A stretch of DNA of 64,000 bases from Lama guanicoe (lineage: Eukaryota). The notes beneath the pieces were generated by a model that was not told where the DNA came from, searched no databases, and saw only the letters and a program-made list of their open reading frames with translations. Below, piece by piece: positions 50,969 through 63,107 of the stretch (positions are counted from its first letter, which is position 1; the number at the start of each line of letters is the position of its first letter). The stretch covers positions 2,489,793-2,553,792 of the forward strand of contig MU053493.1 of assembly GCA_013239625.1 (NCBI GenBank), given 5' to 3'. Both the position numbers and the translations under genes were made by a program.

Positions 50969-52254
50969 TCTGCTTTGGCTGTACGAAAAAAAAAAGATTT
51001 CCTCTCATTTCTTAGTGCTCAGGCAAGTTCCCCATAAGAGAAATCAGTACATAGATTTGGTTATTTACCCGACTGTATGTTAAGGGAGTTACATGACCTT
51101 ACGTGACCTCTTGCTTCTCAGTCCCGACTACTTTGACATTTCACGGTCTCTCAGTGTTTCCTCACTCAGCTCCCACAGTTAATGAAGCAGTATGTCCACC
51201 AACAATCAACAAACTCACCTTCAATGAGCATCAAACCTGCCACGCTTAGCACTGGGGGACTACAGAAGACGCGCTCCCTGCCTTGGAGGAGCTGAAGCAC
51301 ATGATATGGTCACGGAAGGAACACGCACCCAGAGCTGAGGGTGCGGGGAGGAGACCTGCCGGTGGCCTGGGCACCAGCACCGACAGTGACACGGGGAGAG
51401 ATGGCAAGTCACTAGAGCTCAGGGCGGGAAGAGCAGCTGTGTGCCCAGAGCACAGGGGGCCATGGGATCTCTGGGGGGATGAGGGGGTGCTGGTGATGGG
51501 AGCGGCTGGCCCCCCACCCCCACGCCGGGAAGCAGGACACACTGGTCCTCAGTGTCCCTCCATGTGTCCTCCCTTTCAGTGCCTGGCTCCTCACTCCCCA
51601 GTCAGGTGCCCATGTCATGTCAAGGAGAAAGCAAACTTGATATACGTTCAAAGTCACAGGGATCCTTGGTCTTAAAGCAGGCTTCTGGGGTCCCTGCATC
51701 CCGCAGATCTCTCAGCAGGAGGTCTCGGGTTGAGGAAGGAGGAGAAAACTTCTACCACTGGTGGTTCCACAGAGTCACATATATCTTCCAGAATCTACAT
51801 AGACACCTCTCTACCAGGAGGAGAAACCTTCTTTTCAAATGTGAAAAACTGCCGATCATTAAAAAACCCTAGAATTATTATTCAGGTGGCACTGAAATGT
51901 GACTTCTTCACCCCAAAAATGTAATACTCCAAATAATATCTTATTAACACATATTTTCCCACTCAGGACAAAAACTCCTCTGAGGGCTTTGAAACATGTA
52001 ACATTTTACCAAATGACGACTGAATACTTCTTTACCCAAGACTGATGGAACAGAGACGTGAATTATTAATTGGTTCACTGTTTCTATTTATTGTGTGCAG
52101 AAATTTTTGCGGTATTTCTCTGTAGGCCGTAGAAAAATCAGAAATCTACGTTTCTAACCACAAAGCAGGAAATAAATTACTTAAGTTCCTGTACAGGACA
52201 GCTTCTCCAAACTGAATGAATCCTACCCAACTGGCTTCATCATCCGATTTTACT

Positions 52255-52515
52255 TAATTTTATTTTTAAAAATTTTTATTGAAGTGTAGTCGATTTATGA
52301 TATTAGTTTCAGGTGTACAGCCAAGTGATTCAGTTATATAGACATACATGTATATATTTTCTTTTCAGATTCTTTTCTGTTACATGTTATTATAAGAAAT
52401 TTAATATAGTTCCCTGTGCTTTACAGTCGGTCCTTGTGGTTTATCTATTTTATGTACAATAATGTGTATCTGCTAATCCCCAGTCCCTAATTTATCCCTC
52501 TCCATCCTTTCCCAT
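52255..52515 (-). mobile_element. L1 3' UTR fragment
   Basis: tttattgaagtgtagtcgattt...tagtttcaggtgtacag...taatttatccctc. Confidence 0.88.
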
Positions 52516-55125
52516 CCTCCATTTTTTAGGGAGGAGGTATAATCAAGAGAAGTTGTGAAATTTCAAGCCATTTGTTGAATTTAAAATATTTGGACTGTAC
52601 GCTTGGGATCTGGGAGGGAGGAAGCAACAGAAGTAAGAATGGGACCCGATGGCTCTGAACAGGCAGTGACACCACAGTGAAACTAAGAACTGAAACACCA
52701 TTAACTCAATCTAAAGACAAATAGTTGCTTTTCTTCTCCACATTGATGATCAATATGTCACTCCATTACTCCAAGGGAAAACAAGAACTTGTTCTGTGCT
52801 TTCTATAGCATTTAGACTCATTAACATGTTAAAGAAGGCTCAGAATTTCTAGGCAGAACGCATCTTCGTAACAGGCTTGTCCACCGCAGGCTGTGCCTAA
52901 GAACATCTTACCAAGTGTCTCTGGGACACGGTCTCAAGGACCCAGGGAGGTTGGATAGATTCCAGTCCCCTCCACAAACTGGGGTGTCAATCAATCATGC
53001 TGTGGGGATCACAGAATCCTCTAGAAAGCCCATCCCACTTAATCCCTGCAGAGAAGGCTGAGACAATCACCTCTCCATAGGGGTGAAGCGGCATAAATCT
53101 GACTCCTGGGACCAAAGCCAACAGTCTCAGCTGGAGCCTGGGGCTTCTCAGCGAGAAACTGGGACCTTGGACCAAGCGCTAGTGGCCCTCTTGCTTCCCT
53201 CCCTAAATTCTTCCAAAGGCAATAAAAACTGCATTTGTTTTCCTCAGGCAAAGATAAAGGCAAAATGTAAAAGTAAAAATATAAATGTTATTCTATTGGT
53301 CATGCAAATTGGATAGATGTGCACGTGACAGGAGATATGAACTAAGTTTAAATCCTTCTAGTTTAAGGTGTTCTGTGTACTCTGGCAGTCAAAGGAAGCC
53401 TTACATTTGATAACAATGTTTCCAATTAAAAAAACAGTACAATATGACCAATACTTCTGTCTTTTTGAATTGGAAGAACACTTACGAAGAGACACCTACG
53501 ATGGCAAAGCTATTTCCTAAAGAGAATGAGGACCATGCGGTCCCGTACAACAGAAGTCATGACAGGCCCTTCCCCAAGCATCTTCCCTTTAGACTCTGCG
53601 GCAAAGGTTTTAAAATATAGGTCTCATGATTCTGTTACAAAGTCAAGTGCGTTAAAGAATCAAATCAGGACATCTTTTACCTCCCATGAAATCCTTTCCT
53701 AAACCACATTTTAACAAAGTATAGCACTCTCTTCTTTTAAAAAGGAAGATCACGTTTTAAAAGTGGAGGGGGAAAACTCCTTTTTTAGCCCCATGCCAAA
53801 GATGCTCTATGTCCCTATATATTCTGGATATTATACTATTAATTGACCATCGCTTATGGTAGGAAGTGGAAGTAGCCAAGCTGCTAGAGTCTTCTTCTTT
53901 CTATTGTCTTATTGTTCAGAAAATCACTTTATTGCTTTTCTAAAAGTGGGACGTGTTCGTTGTAAAATCTTCTGACAACCTAAAAATGTTCAAAGAACAA
54001 CCAACCGCGACCACAAAACGCTGAGACAGAACATGAATTCAAACTGCAAAAGATCGAGACTGACTGCAGGAATTACAGTTCGTTAATACAGTCCCATTAC
54101 TGACAGATCGATGGAATATCAGTACAGCAAAGTCCACGCCTCTCAATGCACCCTTCAGAAAGTGGAATATCCAAACCATAACAACGTAGCCCATGAAGCT
54201 CCGCTGACCATCACACCCGAACCCACTCCTCCCTGCGATCGACCTTCTGTAAACCCCACGTTTCCCTCTCTTTCAATCTCAGTGTCAAAATGTCATCCCT
54301 CCAGAGAGGCTGAAACATTTCACTTTTGAGATAAAGTCCAAAGGGAAAGATCATCAAAAAGAAATAAGTGAATTCTGCAGATGGTAACTGCACCTAACAT
54401 TCAACATCATATAAAATAATGCGATAAAATTTCAATTCTCATTTTTATATTTTAACAAAGAATTCAAGTTTGTTTCTCTATTTATTCAATGTTTCACTTT
54501 TGAAAAGCAACTTGCTTTATTTTAAACCACTCTTATAGGTTCTTTGGTCGTTTTGTTAGGTCTGCTTAGTTAAGAATTTCCTATCTTTTTACCCCTTTTA
54601 TCCCCATTACTGCTTAAATGTCTTCTGAGAGGTCACATTTCACCTACATCTTGTATCATGAAATTGGTCAAGCACACTTTTAAGTAAAACAACTGGGTAC
54701 AAAAAACCACCATCATTAACTGAACTGGGATCGGTCTTAATATGAGAGTGTTTCTATTTTCTGGCACTACCAGAAAGTTGGGTGTTTGGGGTTCATCAAA
54801 TATTTAGTCTGTATTCACATGAACAAGTGGATTTGTGATTTTCTAAGAAATTTACATTATCCACTAAATTTAATTCAATTTTTCTTTTAGAGTTCAGGAA
54901 ATATTTCTTTATCTTGGTCTCTGAATCAGAATCATTATGAATCACTTAATATAAATGCACCTAAGGAGACCTGGTAAGAAAGTTACATGGGTTGGTAAGC
55001 TGTTGGAGAAACCGGTTTTACTGAAACACACTCAACATGAAATAAGCCTGTTGTGTTTTTATGAAACTAAAACAAGAAAAAGAAAAAAAAAGAAATCAAA
55101 GGAAAATTTTGAACCGTCCACTTAC

Positions 55126-55258
55126 AGTGAGTTCACAGAAATCGATGCTATCCAAGCTTTTGCTTCTGTGGAGTCTCCCTTTAATTCGTCGTAAAGAAGG
55201 TTTTCCTTGGCTGACATTAGAAGTAGCACCATTAGGATTTTCAGAGGATGGCGTGACC
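55126..55258 (-). CDS. Internal coding exon (133 nt, phase 2 to phase 0) of an unidentified host gene: VTPSSENPNGATSNVSQGKPSLRRIKGRLHRSKSLDSIDFCELT
   Basis: Strong acceptor cttctccctttcttgcAG|G and consensus donor ACT|GTAAGT; 1+44x3 nt open frame; non-repetitive and protein-like, with CpG-containing Arg codons and an RSKSLD motif. Confidence 0.85.
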
Positions 55259-55559
55259 CTGCAAGAAAGGGAGAAGTTTTCAGAAGACAGGTTGGTGGGT
55301 GAACATGTTTCTCAAGTATGAGGTAAGCGTGTACCTGAGGATGGCTTTGGAAATGCCGTTCTCCTTTCTCAGCCAAAAAGCTAAAAACCACTGTGGAGCT
55401 GCGTCCTAGCAGAGAGCCTTGCCAAGGATTTCTTTGCAGCTTGCTAATTTAGAAACCCTTTGTGACAGAGGTCAAATACTCCAACATTAAGATTCACTAA
55501 AAAGTCAACTCTGTCACCATCAGAAAAGCAATTAAGACTGGACTGAGGGAAACGAGAAT

Positions 55560-55687
55560 GTGTGTGTATGAGTGTGTGTGTGTGTGTGTGTCTGTATATA
55601 TATGCATGACCAGGACATTATGCTGAACACCAGAAACTGACACACTGTAACTGACTATATACTTCAATTAACAGCAACAACAAAAAA
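55560..55687 (+). mobile_element. L1 3' tail with (TG)n
   Basis: cattatgctgaacaccagaaactgacacactgtaactgac; TSD-like aagactggactga / aagactagactga. Confidence 0.82.
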
Positions 55688-55942
55688 GACTAGACTGAAG
55701 TTTCCTAGGAAACTCAGAGGCATGACTTCCCTCTGGGTAGTTACTTATCCAGTGCTCAGCCTGGTCCCTGACACATCCAGTGCAAGTCGGCTGTCATTGT
55801 GTACAACCCCAGAAACCTTTTGTTAGGCATAAAAAAAACCCTTTCTGAATGTAAGCATGATAGTCAATACTTAATTCAGTGTTCCTATGGAATCTAGAAA
55901 ATATGATAAAAAGAAATGGCAGATAAACTAAGCCATCAACAG

Positions 55943-56062
55943 GGGGAAGGCATAGCTCAAGTGGCAGAGTGCATGCTTAGCATGCATGAGGTCCAGGGTT
56001 CAATCCCCATTATCTCCTCTAAACATAAACCAATAAATAAACCTAATTACCTTCCCGTCAAA
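55943..56062 (+). mobile_element. tRNA-derived (vic-1-like) SINE with a ~40-bp flanking duplication
   Basis: A and B boxes; flanks 55903-55942 and 56063-56103 are imperfect direct repeats. Confidence 0.9.
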
Positions 56063-57394
56063 ATGATAAAAAGAAATGATACAAAACATTAAGCCATCGA
56101 CAGAATGCATGCTGGGCTACGTGTTCACACATATCAACACACACTCAAGACTGTCACATGTTCTGTCATTTCTGTGGCCCTGCTGGGGGCGGCCTTAGAA
56201 CAAGGTACCTTAGAACCTGGGAGGAAACTGCTCAGTGGATTATTGTCTTAGATAATAAATATTACAATAGAGATTATATAGCATGAGTCTGATTTGTAAA
56301 TGAGGTTTATGGAAAAGTTTCCTTATTTTATGATCCTATCTCCTATTTATAATATAGTCCATGTTCATTTATTTATCAACCTTCATGACCTATTTGATTG
56401 TTGATATTTAAAATGCTGTTGTCTGAAAGGGGTAAAATACACCTCTTGTTCCTTGAAAAGGACACAAAGGATGGACTACTAGCAATATAATTTTGACTTA
56501 ATAAAAATAAGATAGAAATAAATATAAAATAGATTAGTTTAGGTACAGCTGTAGTTTAAAACAAAGTGCTACATCCATGTAGTTAGAATATCTGAGGAGG
56601 ACACAAAGATACAAAAAATGAAAAGTAAAAGCTTCCCTTTTGTCCGCATCCTGAATCTCCATCCCTTCTCCTAAGGACGCTCACTGCTAACAGTTCTTTG
56701 AATAACCTCCCAGACAAATGCTTGAGTTTATCGATGTATGTGTTAATCTCCTGAAATTTTTAAGTAAAGTGACCAAATTGCTTACATTGTCCTGGACCTT
56801 AAATTTTTCACTTAATCACCTATTTTCACACTCTTCTCATAATAACCCATATGGATCTACGTCATTTTTTTTAATGGCTAAACAGTATTTCATGATGTAG
56901 CTGTACCACAATTTATTCAACCATTCCCCTACTGATGGAGAATGTTTAGTTTAGTTTTCAAATGTTTGCTATCAAACCGCAAAGCAATGAACATCTTTTG
57001 TGACAACATCCTTGGGTACAAACTCAGTATTTACTTAGGAAAAGTGACTAGAAGTTGCCAGGTACTGCCTTTCAAAAAGGCTTTATCAATTTACACTTCC
57101 ATCAACAGCATATAACACTGCCCATTTAGGGGTCCTTAAACACAAGGACAATTTGATCATTTTATTTTATTAGGTAAAACTCAGCTTCGCTGTATGTGTC
57201 TTGCTGAATTGCTGATTTCTATAGGAAAGTCTACTACAGAGTTCCCCAGCGTGATGCGGGTTTGTCAACTGATCTTTGTGTATCATTTGTTTTTCCTTTA
57301 CCTATTTCAGATCTGTTTTACTAGCTGCCTTAATGTTTGTGGCTCATATCCTCTTAGGGATTTAACTTTTTATCACATGAAAAGTCTCTGTCGG

Positions 57395-57446
57395 AGGGAG
57401 GGTATAGCTCAGTGGTAGAGCATGTGCTTAGCAAGCATGAGGTCCT
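57395..57446 (+). mobile_element. 3'-truncated (tailless) tRNA-derived SINE
   Basis: gggagggtatagctcagtggtagagc...gaggtcct stops before the B-box; flanked by agtctctgtcgg / agtctctgtgtcgg. Confidence 0.85.
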
Positions 57447-57511
57447 AGTCTCTGTGTCGGTGAAAGATTTTACCCTAAATGCTATTTTGTCTGATTAGTT
57501 CCCTATCTATT

Positions 57512-57629
57512 CTTTTTTGGGAAGGAGGTAATTAGGTTTGTTTGTTTGTTTGTTTGTTTACTGGGGATTGAACCCAGGGCCTCATGCATGCTAAGCATGC
57601 ACGCTACCCCTGATCTATACCCTCCTCCC
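57512..57629 (-). mobile_element. tRNA-derived (vic-1-like) SINE
   Basis: ctggggattgaacccagggcc...ctataccctcctccc. Confidence 0.9.
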
Positions 57630-58282
57630 ATCTATATTTTTATATTAAACTTTTCCTGGCTTATATTTTCAACCTTCCCAAGTGTCTGCCTCTCTCCTCT
57701 AAGTTGTAACTTTAACACTTGGTAAACAGCATGGAGCCATATTCGCTTTCTTTTTCACCCAATTTGAGAATCAGCATCTTTTGAGAGGAACTTAATCCAT
57801 CCAAAGTATTGCTTATTGATATGCTTAGATTTACTCCCACCATCTTATTTTATGGTTTGTGGTTTTTTTAAATTTACATGCTTTGTTCTTTTTTTCTGCC
57901 TTTTCAGTATGACTGAGTTTTATTTGTCCCCACCGACCCCTAGACTTTTCCCCTTTCCAAATAGATTGAAAGTAATACATCTTATTAGGGCGACTTGAAC
58001 TCTAAAGCTAACTAACTATGCAAGCACACATATTTATGTATTTATATGTATATGTATATACACACACGAAGATACACATATAAAAACATACATATTTAAA
58101 CTCATATTCTTCTATTAACATGTAGGGTTCACTGTTACTCTTATCTCCTCTTACACAAGAAATGACATTCACACATCTTCATTTTTCTTCTTTCTCAGTA
58201 CCACCACGTCCAAAAGTCCAAAAGTCCACTACCTACTCTCGGAAACAGTTTTAAAACCTCCTAACTTTTCTTTCTTTTGACC

Positions 58283-58350
58283 CCTTTCTTTAATGGAGGG
58301 ACTGGGGACTGAATGCAGGACCTCATGCATTTACCACTGAAGACCCTCCC
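58283..58350 (-). mobile_element. Degenerate tRNA-derived SINE
   Basis: aatggaggggactggggactgaatgcaggacctcatgca...accctccc. Confidence 0.7.
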
Positions 58351-59333
58351 TCTAATTTGATTTTCAATTTTGTCAGTTCAGCCATTCTTTAATTTCAATG
58401 AGCAAATTTTCCATTTCTAAAGTGTCTAGTGCTTGTTTTTTATTAATAGAATATTCTCTTGCATCTTTCTGAAAATTATGATAATTCAATGTTTTTTTTT
58501 TCTGAGATTAGTTGCTCTGTTTGTTGAATATGGTAATTCTCTTAATACTGGCTTTCCCCAGTTGTTCTGTGATTTTTCAAGCCTACTTCTGTTTGTATTT
58601 GACAGTGTCTGTTTCCCCACTGCAGGGTTCTCAGGGTTCTCAGGGTTCACTTTGGCCGTGCTGCCAGAGAGACAACATGGGGTGCAGGGAGGTTTGTGAG
58701 ATAACTTCTCTTCCGGGTCAAGGGACCCAGTTGCTCTCTCAGGTCCAGCCCTATCTCTGGCCCCAGTGCCCACCTTACTGCCTTAGTGAGAAAGCAATAC
58801 TGTTGTCCGCTACTTGTCACAAATCAGTGAGCATGAGGGGGTGCATCAAATCTAATTAAGTCTTCACGTGTCCTCTGCTCCTTCCATTCCCCGATGCTAC
58901 TTCAAGATCCACCCTTAACTTGGCAGGGTGCACAACTTTGCACATTTTCCGGACAATGCTTTCTGCAAGGCTCTTCTCTCAGTAGATCTGTCCTGATCTA
59001 CCAACAGCATTTCAGAGATTCCTCAAAAATGCTGGTCCACCGAAGGCAGTCTTTATTGTTTAGTCAGACTGTTATTACTTTTGTGGTTGCTTTAAAAATG
59101 TTTATTCTTTGTTATTTTACTGAATTTCCAATGAGTCCACCTTTCAAGTCACCGCCCAGAGTAAAATGTTCATGATGTCACTTTCATTATCCTCAGTACA
59201 AGTAGCAGCACTTGAATGCGCTTGTTCTCCTCTCTGCAGGGTAAAAGCTTCCATGAAAAGAACAGAGACCTCTGTTCAAGAAAACAGGGCATGTGGGAAA
59301 GAAAAACAGAATTGTAAAACAACATACAAGTCT

Positions 59334-59807
59334 TTTTTTTTTAATTGAAGTACAGTCAGTTACAATGTGTCAGTTTCTGGTGTACAGCACAATGTCCCAG
59401 TCATGCATATACATACATATATTCGTTTTCATATTCTTTTTTCATTAAAGGTTATTACAAGATATTATATATAGTTCCCTGTACTGTGCAGAGGAAATGT
59501 GTTTTTTTAATCTATTTTTATATATGTTAGTATCTGCAAATCTTGTTTATCCTAGCTCATCCCTTCCACTTCCTCCCCATCCCCCACCCTAACCATAAGA
59601 TTGTTTACTATGTCTGTGAGTCTGTTTCTGTTTCGTAGATGAGTCCATTACTGTCTTCTTTTTTCTTTTTTTTAGATTCCACATATGAGTGGTATCATAT
59701 GGTATTTTTCTGTCTCTTTCTGGCTTACTTAGAATGACGACCTTCTGGTCCATCAATGTTGCTGCAAATGGCATTATTTTATGCTTTTTATGGCTGAGTA
59801 GTATTCC
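59334..59807 (-). mobile_element. 5'-truncated L1 3' UTR with a 19-bp TSD
   Basis: TSD aaaacaa(c/t)atacaagtctt (59316-59334 and 59808-59826). Confidence 0.93.
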
Positions 59808-59925
59808 AAAACAATATACAAGTCTTAAATTCTCTTAATTTCCTCTCTCTCACTTTATTTTGATAGCATTGGTTATGTGGTATCATCATAGTATGAGAAA
59901 TGAGTAGAAATGTAACAAACCTTTT

Positions 59926-60076
59926 AAAATTTTTATTTCTATATTACTGTATTTTTTTGCCAAGGGGGAGGGATAATTAGGTTTGTTTGTTTGTTTTAAT
60001 GGAGGCACTGGGGATTCAACCCAGGACCTCGTGCATGCTAAGCATGCACTCTACCACTGACCTTTACTCTCCCCAC
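59926..60076 (-). mobile_element. tRNA-derived (vic-1-like) SINE
   Basis: Full body; flanks gtaacaaac(c/t)tttt. Confidence 0.9.
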
Positions 60077-60696
60077 CGTAACAAACTTTTTGACAAAGAA
60101 AATTTTCCAAACTTTTTCTTTCATCTGACTTACAGAAGTATCACTATTTTCCCTTTTTCCCCACAAACCTAAAAGCTTAAAACCTAAAGTCTGCAATAAG
60201 AATTTATATCCACCAAATTTTACAAATGACGAACAGCCAAGAAATTTACCAGACTTAACTCAATGTAATACTAGATCCAGAAACAAAGTAAAACAGAAAC
60301 AAAGATTCTAAAAATGACTGGAAGGATGGACTCTCCTCCTCTCTACTAGGATCACAATAAAACTTTTACTAACCAGGAGAGCTGAGCCAGTCCATCCCAG
60401 GTGAAGATCAGGTGAGTACGCACCCTACCTGCAGACTCAGTGGCAGGATTGTGTCCTGTCCAAGAACTGAACCAGGCTCCTACAAAGGAACTTCAGTAAC
60501 TTTAGAGCTCCGACTAGGTCTTTGTGAAGCTAAGAGGTCAACTGTTAAAAAGCATATGGCTCAGTAATGACCCTACTGCCTTTGGTGAGGGATAAAGGAA
60601 AGGAATAAACAGGTCCAGATAATAACACAGAAGGTTAACTCAAGTACAAGTAGAAGGGGTCTTGAGATACAGGGGAATTTAAGACGTCACTTCTTT

Positions 60697-60897
60697 AGAC
60701 AACAAGTTTCTTCTGTGTAGCACAGGGAACTATATTCAATATCTTGTAGTGACCTAGCATGAAAAGGAATATATGTATGTACATGTATGACTGAAGCATT
60801 ATGCTGTACACCAGAAATTGACACATTGCAAGCTGACTATGCTTCAATAAAAAACTCAAAAATAAAATAAAATAAAAGCAAAAAAGGTAAAAAAAAA
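60697..60897 (+). mobile_element. L1 3' tail fragment
   Basis: tgtagcacagggaactatattc...cttcaataaaaa; TSD aaga(c/t)gtcacttct. Confidence 0.9.
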
Positions 60898-61299
60898 GAT
60901 GTCACTTCTCTTTTGTTTTAACATATTTTGACAATTAATACTTGTTCTGGGGTGGAAATATGTTTCTCTGCTGGACTGTCACAAGAAGACAGAAGCATGC
61001 CTTCGACTTGGGTGGGAAGAGCTGTACCTGGGTACAAATAACTCACCAAGGACAGTTCCTCCTGATGAAGCGTAAGGAGATCTTGTAATCCCAAGGTACA
61101 CTGTCCCTCACCCTGATGGTGCGGGTCTGCACCCAATAACTCAGACTTTGGAGTTTATTGATCAAACATTTAGGAGAATAGCCTCTCATGACAAAGAGAT
61201 AAAGTCATCAGCTGAGGAAGAAGCACCCTGGATACTTGCCCTTGAACTCTGCAGAAATCAGTATTTAGCTTAGAATGAAGTTTTTCTTTCCAGATTCTT

Positions 61300-61399
61300 C
61301 TTCTTACTATTTTTTAAATTTAATGGAGTTACTGGGAATTGAATCCAGGACCTCGTGCATGTTAAGCATGTGCTCTACCACTGAGCTATATCCTCCCCC
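61300..61399 (-). mobile_element. tRNA-derived (vic-1-like) SINE
   Basis: Reverse-complement SINE; flanks tctttccagattctt / tctttcctaattctt. Confidence 0.9.
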
Positions 61400-62696
61400 G
61401 TCTTTCCTAATTCTTAATTCCACTCATCCTTAGGGAGCAATTGGGGAGAAAACAACTGCCTCCCTCCACTCCCTTCATAACTTCTCTAATGGGGTTGTGT
61501 TTTTATTTGCGGCCTCGGCTGATGCACTTGAAAGGCAGAAACCCGGGGTCCCCCCTCTCGTTTTGTTATGACTCAGGAGCTTGGGCTCACAGCCATATCT
61601 CGAGCACGGGTCACTTAGGACAAGCCACTCCCAAGCTCATCTGCCTCACCCGTTTCCAATTTCCAGTGGAAAAGAACTCAAGTCATCACAACTGGGCAAA
61701 AATAACCCAGATGGTAAAAACAGAGCGGATATCCAAGAGCAAAACTATCAACAAAAGCAATACCTACTAATCCTTCTACAACACATCAATTCTAAAGTAT
61801 CAGTGATCGGCAGCTACAACCAAGTCAAGAGAACGCCAAGAAGTGCTGGCAAAGCACTGTTCCCCCAAACGAGGAGAATCCTAGAGAAAGGTGTGAGAAT
61901 ACGAGCCTTGGGATACTGCTAAGTAGGGCAGCGCTGCCGACTTTAGGAGGGTGCTGAATCCTTCTGAAGGATTCTTCAGGAAAAGCTAGTAAAATGCTAA
62001 TTTCTGTTGACGAGCACCAGACTTTGAAACCTCAACAGCTCAGTAGAAAGGTTTATATTAAATGACCCTTAGTTGTACTTCCAAATAATAATATGTGTAA
62101 CTGCCTATAATTTGCACAGTAAAGAAACTAAGATGGGACTTGGGTATCAGTCCCATCCCCTCAGGGGGACCTCTGTGACTGGTGAGTGGGCCATGGGCCA
62201 CCCTTGGAGAAACAATATTCTATCAGACACTGTCCAGTTTCCATCTTTCTCTCTTTCCAGACTGTCATGTCCTTGTTCAGGTGTGTTTTTAACCCCAAGA
62301 ACTGGCATGAAACTTGATGTGTGAGTCGGGGCCAGTCAAGGGCCTTATTTATAAAACTGGGGTGCTATGGCCCCCACCTCATGGGGGTGCAGTTGGTTAA
62401 ATGAGAGGGTGTTGAGTTCAATGAATGGCAGGTCTTATTTTGGGAGTCTGATTCTCAGATGACTACTCAGAGGAATGCATGGCTGCTGCATGGCCTTCTA
62501 TAATTAGGGACTCTAATAGCCAGGAGAAATAGGTGAAGAAGCATGGAGAAAATGAAATGACACTCTTTCCCCACCTAAGATCAGTGTAGACTCCCCTAAA
62601 AGCACTCAGTGCAAAAAATCAAGACTCTGATAACAATAAATAATTATGAAAACATTTTTTTCACATTTCACCTAGCACGGAGCTGGCCGTGGTACC

Positions 62697-63107
62697 TGTC
62701 CTGGGTTGAATAGGGCCTCTCCTGCCCACATGCCCTACCCCCGGTGAACGTGACCCTATTTAGCAAAAGATGGAATGCAGTTGAGGCTCTCCAGATACGA
62801 TCATCCTGGACTATCCAGGTGGGTTCAAAGTCTGATGACAAGTGTCCTAAGAGACGGAAGAGGACACACAGACAGACCATGTGAAGTTGTCAAGGGAGAC
62901 CGCAGTGATGTGGCTACAAGAAACTCCTGGACCCACAGGAACTGGAGGAGGCAGGAAGGATTCTCCCCAGAGTCTTGGAGGGAGCACAGCCCTGCTGACA
63001 CCTTAATTTCAGACTCCTGGCCTCTGGAACCGGGAGAGAATACACTTCTGTTGCTTTAAGCCCCGTGGTTTTGGTGATCTATCACGGCAGCGCTAAGAAA
63101 CCCAGCA
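62697..63107 (+). mobile_element. MaLR solo LTR (MLT1C/D-like)
   Basis: tgtcctgggttgaatagg...gtgaacgtgaccctattt...ggaaggattctccccagag...gacaccttaatttcagac...gagagaatacacttctgttgctttaagcc...ca. Confidence 0.85.

Noticed and set aside
55122..55391. ORF-track 89-aa minus-strand ORF as the real protein
   Set aside because: It crosses the splice acceptor in a different frame; the splice-bounded frame (VTPSSENP...) fits the exon boundaries and is more protein-like.
8640..58350. A short deletion subfamily of the SINE (8640, 35430, 58283)
   Set aside because: The three internal deletions have different breakpoints, so they are independent decay.
60918..61260. Minus-strand exon ending at a GTGAGT donor (~61046)
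   Set aside because: No convincing nearby acceptor that gives an open frame, and no recognisable peptide.
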